The notes under the pieces: generated by a model
Database searches by the model: none
What the model was told of the DNA's origin: nothing
Seen by the model: only the letters and a program-made list of their open reading frames with translations
Position numbers and translations under genes: made by a program
Assembly: GCA_012862495.1 (NCBI GenBank)
Contig: BLSG01000329.1
Location: 133,802-166,788, forward strand
DNA: 32,987 nucleotides
Direction: 5' to 3'
DNA from: Thraustochytrium aureum
Taxonomy: Eukaryota
Part shown: positions 22,545 through 31,892 of the stretch, one piece after another
How positions within the stretch are numbered: the first letter of the stretch is position 1
How the letters are laid out: each line of letters begins with the position of its first letter

Positions 22545-24371
22545 ATGTTCGCGCCCTCTGTCGCGAGGGCCGCGGCGCGGCGCGCCACCCTCGCCGCCAA
22601 CAGGGCGACGGTGGCCCAAAAGGGCGCCAAGCGGTGGCTCTCCCCGTCTGCCTCTTTCGGCCCTGGCGGCGCCGCTGCGGCGGCCAGCGCGGCGCAAGGG
22701 TTCGAGCCGGGCATGCTCGCCCAGCACTTGGGCAGCGAAACCCCTCTCGACACGNNNNNNNNNNNNNNNNNNNNNNNNNNNNNNNNNNNNNNNNNNNNNN
22801 NNNNNNNNNNNNNNNNNNNNNNNNNNNNNNNNNNNNNNNNNNNNNNNNNNNNNNNNNNNNNNNNNNNNNNNNNNNNNNNNNNNNNNNNNNNNNNNNNNNN
22901 NNNNNNNNNNNNNNNNNNNNNNNNNNNNNNNNNNNNNNNNNNNNNNNNNNNNNNNNNNNNNNNNNNNNNNNNNNNNNNNNNNNNNNNNNNNNNNNNNNNN
23001 NNNNNNNNNNNNNNNNNNNNNNNNNNNNNNNNNNNNNNNNNNNNNNNNNNNNNNNNNACGAGGTGCGCCGCCCCGGCGACACGATCGTTTCCGAGCTCGC
23101 CGGCCAGCCCATCTTTGCAGTGCGCGACAAGAACGGCCAGCTCAACGGGTTTCTCAACGTGTGCCGCCACCGCGGCTCCAAGCTCGTCAAGCAGTCCGGA
23201 AGGTACCCGGTGATCAGCTGCCCGTACCACCGCTGGGGCTACGGCCTGGACGGCCGCCTCCTTGCCACGCCGCTCGGGACACCACCGAGGGCGGGAACCG
23301 CGTGGGAAAGGACGGCGAGCAAAAGGCCGCCGTCTCAAAGTCGCGCCGGGCGCGCCAAGCCGAAGAGAACGCCCGCGCCGCCAAGGTGGTCGACGACGCC
23401 GAGCAAGCCGCGCTGGCGGCCGAGCAGCGGCTCCAAGACCAGTCCAGTGGCGCCTGCGACCAGATGAAGGGCATCATGGACGCCTTTTCTACTGCGCACA
23501 TCAAGGCCTTCGACAAGAAGGACTTTCACCTGTTTGATGTGCGCGTGGACACGTGGGGCCCGTTCGTGTTCGCCACGCTGTCGCGCGAGATCCCCTGCTG
23601 GTCCAGTCGATGGGCGACCTCGCGATGCGCTTGTCCAACTACCCGCTGCACGAGCTCGTCAGCGTGCGCAGCAAGCGGTTCGAGAGCAAGTCCAACTGGA
23701 AGCTGCTCGCCGAAAACTTTATGGAGTATTACCACCTCCCGACGGTGCACCCCGCGCTGACCACCGTGAGCGCGGTGGACAACCACCACCGCCTACAAGG
23801 CCCTGGCCAGTACATTGGGTTTGTCACCAACCCGCTGACCAGCGGCGGCCAGCCGATCGACCCAGACGTCCTGCCCTACATGCCTGGCATCAAGGGCGAG
23901 GAGCATACCACGGCCGTTTTCCACCACCTCTTCCCGAACGCGTTCTACTTTTTGCTCCCGAGCCACATGTTCACCGTGCGCATCACGCCCGTCTCGGCGG
24001 GCCTATCGATCGAGCACGCCGACCTGCTCGTGCACCCGGACCTGCTTGAGGACGAGGCAGTGCGCGGGGAGACCGCCGAGCTCAACGCCAAGATCGACGC
24101 GATCATGGAGTTTTACCGCATGGTCAACCAGGAGGATATCGACGCTTGTGAGCTCGTGCAGGAGGGCGTCCAGTCGCGGGCGTACGAGGGCGGCCGCGTC
24201 TCGTTTCGCTTTGAGGAGACCATCCACCGCTTCCAGAACATGCTCATCGACCACATGGTCGGCAAGCCCGGCCGGATCCCCAAGGGGGACGAGGCGATTC
24301 CTTTTTACGTCGGGGGCTTGCCTGACGACCAAGCGGCCCCCACGCTCTTCAACCCATACGAGATGCAGTGA
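22545..24371 (+). CDS. Rieske non-heme iron oxygenase alpha subunit (choline monooxygenase/GbcA/CntA-like group) with mitochondrial-type presequence; spans gap 22755-23057, apparent 1-nt frameshifts at about 23277 and 23593
   Basis: Ala/Arg-rich, acid-free N-terminus MFAPSVARAAARRATLAANRATVAQKGAKRWLS. Rieske ligands NVCRHRG (23162) and SCPYHRWGYGLDGRL (23219). Linker FDKKDFHLFDVRVDTWGPFVF. Mononuclear iron site NWKLLAENFMEYYHLPTVHP plus VNQEDIDACELVQEG, and LFPN motif. Stop TGA at 24369-24371. Confidence 0.9.
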
Positions 24372-25932
24372 TCGTGCCAGCAACTCGCGCTCGGCGAGGG
24401 CCTGGGGCTTTTGCGTTTTTCTTCTATAGTACGGGGTCGTGGCCTCGTATGTACCTATTTCGTTTCTCTTCTTTTCCTCCTCATTTTGTCTCGCTTTGTT
24501 GCCTGCCCGCCGGCGCGGGTGCCTCTTGCTGAACGCCAAACCCAGCCCGCGGAGGTCCGGCAAATCTTCCTGCTTCTGTTCTCCGACCGGCCTGCAGTAC
24601 TCGCTGCTTCGGCGATCTCGCAAGTCGCGTGGCCGACGCGTTTCGACCTCACAGCGCCGCCGATCGCGCTCGGGTCGGAGTAGCTCCCGTCCGCACAGTC
24701 CTCGCAGGAGCACGGCTGAAGTTGGGAGTGACCTCCTCGGGGGAGCCGCGTCGAAACGAGCACACCGATGCGCTGTTTACGGGTTCAACGAAATAGGCGC
24801 CGTCGAGTGACTTGCGTCACGCGGCCTGTCGGGAAATGGACTGGTTGATTGAGAATGGATGCGTCTGCGGTCGAGTACTCGCGGTACTGAGTACTCTCCC
24901 CTACTCTCATCCTTTCCTTTCTCAAGAGTAAAATGGAGTACACCGTGACTCGTGCTCGAGCAGGGACCTGCCTTCTCCAAGTCCCACCGGTACTCGGGTG
25001 ATGGGAGCCAGTTGCGCTTGTGCGAGTTGGCGAGCAGTCCGAGCGAAGGTCCTCTCCTTCACAGGTTGTGCGGACTGTGCGGGCGAGCAGTGCTTGAGTG
25101 CAGCGTCCTGACCGACTCTGCAGCACGCAAGTAGAGTACGCGAGTACATGGAGCGCGATCAATCGCCGCTCCTGTCCAGCGTGCAGTCCAGTCATCGTTA
25201 ATTAAACTTTTGGAGCTCTCGACGTCCATTTCTTTCAGCGCAGCNNNNNNNNNNNNNNNNNNNNNNNNNNNNNNNNNNNNNNNNNNNNNNNNNNNNNNNN
25301 NNNNNNNNNNNNNNNNNNNNNNNNNNNNNNNNNNNNNNNNNNNNNNNNNNNNNNNGATGCACGGAAACACTTGGACTGGCTTTCGGCTCAGCGCTACGAG
25401 CCAGGGCGATGCGCGGAGATAGTTAGGGCGGCTGAACGCCTTCTCCGCATGGTCTAGCTAGTATAAGAGTACCCTAGCGAACCTGTGGTCGGCGGCGAGT
25501 CCTCAGGAATTACAACTTGACCAGAAGCAAGAGCGCGCCCCCGCGACGGACCGACGAAGATGAGCTCGAGCTCCAAGCCGGGCACAAGGATATCCCTCTC
25601 TAAGCACATGCTGGTCGTATCACCCAGCCAAATGGAGAAGTTCAACCCGTCGTCCCTTCTGGTGCTGCCTAGCCCAGTAAGGTTCGGCCGAGCCCGCCGT
25701 TTCGTTCTTTCATCTTTTCCGAGGTCGCGCCTCCGTCTCTTTCAGCGTAGCGAACTAACACCCCAACCACATGGAGTAGAGTAGATTATCACGTTGCGGC
25801 GACTTGCCGGAGCCGCCGCCGCTGCCGCCGCAGGAGCCGCCGCCGCCGCCGCCATCGCGGCATCTTCAGTTTCGCTCGAGTTGAGCACAGAATCAGATTG
25901 CACAGAATGTTAGGTTTTCAAAGGCAGTAAAG

Positions 25933-27129
25933 CTACGAAATCACGCAGCAAGCGCACGCGGGCTTCGGCGCACCAGGGAGGCGGGCTTGCGGGCCGTCGT
26001 CTTCGATGGCAGGCTTGATGTCTGGCTCGTCGGCCACGCTGTCGCCGTCCAGCGAATCCTCGACGAGCGACTCGTCTGGGCGGAGGTTGCGCACCCACTC
26101 TGTGACGGCGTCGATGGTCTTTTGGAACATGTCCAGGATGCCTTCCGGCTGTTCGGGCTCGGCGACCTCGACGGCCATGGCGAGGCCCGAGTTGGGCCCG
26201 ACCTTGACGCTGCGGCGCGCTGGCACGTAGATGTGGAGTGGCAAGCCCTGCTTCTTGGCAGCGTACTTGGACGGCTTGGCGTCAAAGTCCTTGGGGATGC
26301 GGCCGCCAGCAACGATCGGCGGGTTGCAGTAGTCGTCGCCATTAATGACCAGGTTGCCGCCGAGCGCCTTGGGGAGCTGGTCCGCGTCGATGTGCTTGAG
26401 CAGGGTCTTCGCCGGGTTGCCGCTGACCACTTCGACCTGCTCTCGAGTCGTCTCGTGCACAAAGTGCTTGACGATGTTCCAGGCGGCGGAAAAGACCATG
26501 GGCGGGTGGATGATGATCAGCTTGCGGAATCGGAGCGGGTAGTGCTCGTCGAGCGTTCCGAGCACTGCCTGAACGACGTCGATCGTGGCCTTGGTGAGGT
26601 GATGCATCCCCAGCCCGCGCAGGTCCTGAACCACAAAGGTCTGGTAAATCTCCCTGCCTTCCTTCTCGGAGCAGCGCTTGAAAACCTCTGTCAGGACTTC
26701 CTGCTTGAGAATCTCGAAATCGCGCAGCTGGTCCGTGGCAGACGCGTCTTTCCCCTCGGCCGGGCACCGGCGGAGGTGTGCCAGCACTTTCGGGTCGGCC
26801 TGTCCGATGCGATCGTAGAACACGGGGCACCCCAGTTTGTCGCACCCGAGAAAGCCGCCCGGTCGGAAGGTGGAGATCAGGTTGCCGGGCTCAAACGTCT
26901 CTGCGATGTTTTGCGGGTCGATCTCTTTGCGCCAAGCCGCGGTTGCGCGGTACAGCTTCTCAGCAGCGCCCACTTTGCACCGGCGCGCGCGTGCATACCG
27001 CACCAGGCTGGCATCGCCCAGGTTGTGCGTTGCGTCCTCCTCGCCCTTGAGGTCCTGGAGCCTTTTGCGTAGTTCATCCACGCATTCCCTCTCCTTCTCA
27101 TTATGAATCACCCAGCCATCGACCGACAT
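25933..27129 (-). CDS. SEC14/CRAL-TRIO lipid-binding protein with C-terminal CaaX box
   Basis: CRAL-TRIO N-domain DASLVRYARARRCKVGAAEKLYRATAAWRKE, then GFLGCDKLGCPVFYDRIGQADPK, VVQDLRGLGMHHL, HYPLRFRKLIIIHPPMVFSAAWNIVKHFV, LLKHIDADQLPKALGG; ends ..CACCVIS*. Start ATG 27129 (MSVDGW). Confidence 0.9.
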   Translation of the reverse strand: MSVDGWVIHNEKERECVDELRKRLQDLKGEEDATHNLGDASLVRYARARRCKVGAAEKLYRATAAWRKEIDPQNIAETFEPGNLISTFRPGGFLGCDKLGCPVFYDRIGQADPKVLAHLRRCPAEGKDASATDQLRDFEILKQEVLTEVFKRCSEKEGREIYQTFVVQDLRGLGMHHLTKATIDVVQAVLGTLDEHYPLRFRKLIIIHPPMVFSAAWNIVKHFVHETTREQVEVVSGNPAKTLLKHIDADQLPKALGGNLVINGDDYCNPPIVAGGRIPKDFDAKPSKYAAKKQGLPLHIYVPARRSVKVGPNSGLAMAVEVAEPEQPEGILDMFQKTIDAVTEWVRNLRPDESLVEDSLDGDSVADEPDIKPAIEDDGPQARLPGAPKPACACCVIS

Positions 27130-28024
27130 CCTGCTCGCCGCAGCTCGCGGCGCCGCGCCCTGGCTCGCCCTCGCCACCACCTCCAACAGCAGCGCCAAGT
27201 GCAGCAGCACCAAGTGCAGCAGCGACGACGACGACAACGACGACGACGACGACAACAACGACGTCCTGCGAGGCGGCGGCACTAACCAGGGCGCTCTGTT
27301 GTCTCTGTTCTCGCAGGCCTCCACGCGCCGATTCGGGTCTGCCGGCACCAGGTCGGGCCTGATCTCGTCAGAAGCTGGGGCGCGTTTGACGGATGATGAT
27401 TCATGAGGAGGCAGGCGGCTCGGTCAGTTCAGGCTGGGTGCTGTCGACCACGTGCAACACGCTCGCGCCTCAGCCACATCCTCAGCAGCACCCACCGCGA
27501 AGGAGAAAGCAATCAGCAGGCGCCTCACGGGCAAACCCGCGCGTCCGAGCTGGCCTCGTCAGGACCTCAATGCGCCCCGCATGCCGGGTCGCGCGCTGGC
27601 GGGCATGGCCGCTCTCGGGGATATTGGGACACACCTGGCCCACTCACGGAGAAGACTCCACGCGGCAGGCCCAGCTCTTCAAGGGCGTCAAGTACCTCAG
27701 GCCGCTCGCGCAGACCAGGTGGAGCGGAGGAGTACTTCCCAATCCCTGCGACAGTCCCTGCGTCAGGCGCGGCTGACGACGGTGTGCGTTGCGTCGAGGG
27801 CGCGTGCGCGGCGCTGTGGCGCGCCTCGAGGGGCACGCAGGGGCGAGACGGCGCAACCGCGAGCTCGTTCTCGTGCCCGCGACCAGCGCCTGCCTGGGGC
27901 CTCCCCGGCTGGCGGGCTGTTCGTGGAGGGCTGCGTGAGACCCCCGAGCGGGCGCCGAGTTCAAGCGGCTCGAAGGCGACGCGAGCGAGCGCTTGCGAGT
28001 GGGGCCGGCGACTCGCGGCTCGCT

Positions 28025-30220
28025 TCAAGGTATCAGGTCGAGCGAGTCGGCCAGGCCGAGCCCGCACAGCACGCAGCAGTGCACTGTGCCGCCAGCGAGC
28101 GGCGCGAACCATGCCAGGTCCCGTGCCGTGGCCGCACCACACCCGAGACACACCAGCGCGGGGCCACGCAGCTCTTGCAAAGATTGGGCGTCCCGCTGGT
28201 CAAGCCCGTTCTCGCCCACCAAGAGGCCAAGAGTCTCGCGCGAGTAGGCGAGTCCCCCGAATCGACGCTGAGGGTCCGTCGTGCGGTCAGGGAAGACTTG
28301 GCCGATCCCACGCGCCCGCAGCGTCTCCAAGTCGGTTGCGTTCCCGAAAGAGCGGTACGTCGCCTCCACCAGCTCGCGGCCCTTGTCGTCCAGGAGTCCG
28401 TTGGTGTACAGCGCAGCGCCGAGGTCTGCAAAGGCCAAGGCGCTGTCCTCGCTAGAGCGCGCGCGAACCTGCTTTGGGTCGCGGTTCATGAGCGCCAAGA
28501 CCGCCGCGACCCAGTCCCGCTGGGCGTACTGCAGCCTGTCCCGCAGCTTTGGGCTCTCCAACGCTGCAAGCAAGGCGGGCGAGACCGAGTTGGCAGACGC
28601 TTGCGCCCCGGCTTGAACGAGGAGCGCCAGAGCCACGAGCGCGCCGTGCTCGGCGTCGCGCGAAACAGGGTTGAGCACTTTGAGGATCTGTTCAGCCAGC
28701 TCGGCCTGCGCGACAGGGCTACGCAGGACCAGCCAAGCTGCGTCGTGAAGCACATACGGGGTGCCGCGGCGCGCGGCGCGCTGCACCATCGCGCGCACGC
28801 CTTGCCGCGTGCCGAAACCGCGCAGGATGGCGAACGAGCCCATCAGCCTCTGATTCTTCGTTGGATAGGTCATCGAGCCCTCCAACGAGAAGGCCAGAGC
28901 CAGCGCGCGACACGGTGACACCGCCACACCAAGCGTGGGCCGAAAGTACGTCTCGTCCCACGAGGCCGCGCCGTGATCTACGCCCTCGCCCCGCGCGAGG
29001 TCTCTTCCCAAGGCCCCCAGCAGATGCCCTTCGGTGCGGTTGTCCGCAGGGCCCCGGGGCCAATGCCAGAAAGTGAGCTCGCCGTCCGCAGCGCCAAGAA
29101 CCATCGCACCCTCCCCGACCCAAGCCGCGCCAACGATCTGGTGGGCCAGGCTCGTTGTGCATCGTGTCGGCTCGCTTGAACCTGCACCCAGGCCGCGCCA
29201 CCACAAGGCGCGCGTCCCCACGCACGCAACTAGCTGGCCTTGCTCGCCGCTTGCCAAGTGGCCCACAGGCACGCCGTGCGGAGTCGGCTGGAGAACTTGG
29301 GCTGCCTTGGCCGTCATCCGCCTGAGCGGCTGCTCGCTCGTGTTGCCATTGCTCTCGTCGACCTCCATGGCCTCGCCCGCCTCCTCCAGAAGAAACACCT
29401 TGACTTGGCCCGTACTCGTGCCCACTGCCAAGTGCAAGCTGTCCGCGCTGCTGCATTGGAGAAAGCAGAGGCTCGTGGTGAACGCGCCAGCCTCTTCGCA
29501 TGGCTGAAAGCGCGCCACCAGCTCTGGAGGCGGAGCAGCGTCGCCTGGAAGGGCGACTCGCCAAACAGAGACCGCGCCCGGCGCCGAGCGAGCGCCCAGC
29601 GCAAGCAAGTTGCTACCGTCGCTCCAAGCTGCGCAGCAGCAGAGGTCGTCCTCCAGTTGTCGGCCAGCCGCCACCTGGCCGAACGAGCACTCAATCCGCT
29701 CTAGAGGGCCACCGGCCAGCGAAGTGCCGGGGATCTGCGCCAAGTCGACAGCGCCGTCGGACCACACAACAGCCAGCAGCGGCAGTGCCCCGCTGGAGAA
29801 GACCCTCGGTGCCGCCGTGGCAAGAATGCGCCTTGCATTTTCGGCGCGCGCGCCAGGCACTGCTCCAGCCGAGGCCGCCCATGCCTCGAGCATCACCGAA
29901 GAGAGCGACTCGTCATCTGCTGTCGCCTCTGCGGACGGCATTCGCGGCGCGGCCTTGGCCTGCTCGCTGCCGTACGAGAACAACGGCTGCGCGAAGAGGC
30001 TGCCGAGTCCCCTGCTTGGCGTGGGTCCCGCGACCGCCTTGGACAGCACCACCGCGCTCCGGAGCGTCAGGACCAGCCAGCCGTCCTGCGTCCAGTTCGC
30101 CGCAAAGTGCATCCCCCCAGCGGCGGCCTCGCGCGACACGCGGACGGTCCATTCCTCGCGGGCATCCCGCGCGGCATCGTCAGCATCCCCACCGCCATCG
30201 TGTCCGCCAACCGGCGCCAT
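28025..30220 (-). CDS. WD40-repeat protein with C-terminal C4 zinc finger, probably TFIIIC 90-kDa (GTF3C4/Tfc8-like) subunit
   Basis: Open frame of about 730 codons with WD-like blades (ANWTQDGWLVL, LLAVVWSDGAVDL, AAWSDGSNLLALG..VSVW, LAVGTSTGQVKVF, VLGAADGELTFW, LGVAVSPC..LALAF) and terminal CLGC..CVLCG. The TFIIIC assignment rests on overall architecture only. Confidence 0.6.
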   Translation of the reverse strand: MAPVGGHDGGGDADDAARDAREEWTVRVSREAAAGGMHFAANWTQDGWLVLTLRSAVVLSKAVAGPTPSRGLGSLFAQPLFSYGSEQAKAAPRMPSAEATADDESLSSVMLEAWAASAGAVPGARAENARRILATAAPRVFSSGALPLLAVVWSDGAVDLAQIPGTSLAGGPLERIECSFGQVAAGRQLEDDLCCCAAWSDGSNLLALGARSAPGAVSVWRVALPGDAAPPPELVARFQPCEEAGAFTTSLCFLQCSSADSLHLAVGTSTGQVKVFLLEEAGEAMEVDESNGNTSEQPLRRMTAKAAQVLQPTPHGVPVGHLASGEQGQLVACVGTRALWWRGLGAGSSEPTRCTTSLAHQIVGAAWVGEGAMVLGAADGELTFWHWPRGPADNRTEGHLLGALGRDLARGEGVDHGAASWDETYFRPTLGVAVSPCRALALAFSLEGSMTYPTKNQRLMGSFAILRGFGTRQGVRAMVQRAARRGTPYVLHDAAWLVLRSPVAQAELAEQILKVLNPVSRDAEHGALVALALLVQAGAQASANSVSPALLAALESPKLRDRLQYAQRDWVAAVLALMNRDPKQVRARSSEDSALAFADLGAALYTNGLLDDKGRELVEATYRSFGNATDLETLRARGIGQVFPDRTTDPQRRFGGLAYSRETLGLLVGENGLDQRDAQSLQELRGPALVCLGCGAATARDLAWFAPLAGGTVHCCVLCGLGLADSLDLIP

Positions 30221-30567
30221 CCCTCCCGCCAGCCCGTTGCGCGCGGGAAAACGCACGCCTCTCGCCTCGCTTCCGCCGCCCCGTGCCGCAGGAGACCGAG
30301 CGCTGCCGAGCGCGCGCCTGCGACCAGGACGAAAGGATGAACAGGTGGATGGATGGACGCGTTTGGTCGGGATTGGGCGCGAAGTGGGATGGATTCGGGC
30401 CAAACCGCCATCGCGGGCGCGGCTCTCCGCTCGCCCACGGCCTGGCACGATCGTAGACGGTGGGCGCGGCGGTCGGTCGGTCGGTCGGTCCTGCTTGCGG
30501 CGGCGGCGGCGGCTTGTCGTTCGGCTGGCTGTTGCTGGAGGACCACTTGGCGGTGGGGAGGGTGAAG

Positions 30568-31792
30568 ATGCTCGAGCTGGGCCCGGTCGGGCAAGACCTC
30601 GTCGCAGGGTCCGTCGGTAGGTTGGCTGGCTGGCTGGCTTGTGATTGGGGGCTGCGCGGCTGGGATATGGCGCTGACGGGCGCTGGGCTCGGCAGGGGGC
30701 GCTGCTGGGATTGTGGTGGGACAGCCACTTGATGTCCTCAAGGTGCGCCAGCAGGCCGCCCACGGCCGCGAGGGCGTGGTGCGCATTCTGCTGGAAACCG
30801 TGCGCCAAGAAGGCCCCACNNNNNNNNNNNNNNNNNNNNNNNNNNNNNNNNNNNNNNNNNNNNNNNNNNNNNNNNNNNNNNNNNNNNNNNNNNNNNNNNN
30901 NNNNNNNNNNNNNNNNNNNNNNNNNNNNNNNNNNNNNNNNNNNNNNNNNNNNNNNNNNNNNNNNNNNNNNNNNNNNNNNNNNNNNNNNNNNNNNNNNNNN
31001 NNNNNNNNNNNNNNNNNNNNNNNNNNNNNNNNNNNNNNNNNNNNNNNNNNNNNNNNNNNNNNNNNNNNNNNNNNNNNNNNNNNNNNNNNNNNNNNNNNNN
31101 NNNNNNNNNNNNNNNNNNNNNNNNNNNNNNNNNNNNNNNNNNNNNNNNNNNNNNNNNNNNNNNNNNNNNNNNTCGCCGGGAGCGCTGGCGGGGCCCTCAC
31201 CACGCTCGTGACGACGCCGTGCGAGCTCATCAAGGTCAACTTGCAGATTGACCACGCGCGGACCGGCCTCGGCGGGGTACGCCGTCTCGTGCGCCAGCGA
31301 TGGGCCGCTGAGGGGTCCCCGCACTCTACGGAGGCTGGGGCATCACCCTAGTCCGCGACACTCCGGCCACAGGGCTTTATTTTTTGGTGTGAGTTTGTTG
31401 GCTTGATGGCTCCCGCACCCAAAAGTAGGCGGCGTCCTGACCCTTTTGTGGCGGCGACCAGATACTACGATTTCAAGACGCGTCTGATGCGGGCGAGCGG
31501 CGGCAACAGGACGTTTGCAGAGCTCTTGGCGGGAGGGCTCGCGGGGGTAATCTCCTGGGGATCCGTTATCCCCGTTGACGTTGTCAAGACGCGCGTGCAG
31601 GCTGACGCATGCCTTGCAAAGCCCCAATTCGCATCGTCGTTGGCCTGCGCGCGCCACATTCTGCAGACTGAAGGCTGGACGGCCTTTGGGAAGGGCGCCA
31701 TCCCGCTCCTCGCCAGGGCCTTTCCCGCAAACGCTGTCACGTTCTTTACATACGAGCGCGTCTCGGCAGCCTTGGCACCGTCGTCCACCTGA
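30568..31792 (+). CDS. SLC25 mitochondrial carrier, amino-acid/carnitine class (SLC25A20/29/45/48-like); exons 30568-30616, 30696-31388 (gap 30820-31172, apparent frameshift about 31313-31320), 31462-31792
   Basis: Three carrier signatures QPLDVLKVRQQ, TPCELIKVNLQ and IPVDVVKTRVQ. Contact point II LVRDTP (R-D, amino-acid class) and contact point III LARAFPANAVTF. Stop TGA at 31790-31792. Confidence 0.88.
30617..30695 (+). other. Spliceosomal intron 1 (79 nt) of the mitochondrial carrier
   Basis: GTAGGT donor, GCTGAC branch point (30672-30677), GCAG acceptor; yields DLVAGSVGGAAGIVVGQPLD. Confidence 0.85.
31389..31461 (+). other. Spliceosomal intron (73 nt) of the mitochondrial carrier
   Basis: GTGAGT donor, CTGAC branch point (31437-31441), CCAG acceptor; yields GLYFLVYYDFK. 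Confidence 0.85.
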
Positions 31793-31892
31793 GCCGGCGG
31801 CTTTCACCAGAGCCGGCGGCTTTCACCAGAGCCGCGGCTTTCACCAGAGCCGGCGGCTTTCACCAGCGCCGGCAGCTCTCACCAGAGCCGGC
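31791..31892. repeat. 19-bp minisatellite GAGCCGGCGGCTTTCACCA, about 5.4 copies
   Basis: Units start at 31791, 31810, 31829 (18 bp), 31847, 31866 (diverged) and 31885 (partial). Confidence 0.92.

Larger units (their letters stand above)
1384..31172. other. Ten assembly gaps: 1384-1584, 3698-3879, 5577-5861, 7858-8094, 12621-12794, 15484-15828, 17668-17912, 22755-23057, 25245-25355, 30820-31172
   Basis: Runs of N; six interrupt coding regions and one may hide the RhoGEF start. Confidence 0.98.

Noticed and set aside
31791..31892. Possible CRISPR array or iteron set
   Set aside because: Head-to-tail 19-bp units without spacers in a eukaryotic 3' UTR; an ordinary minisatellite.
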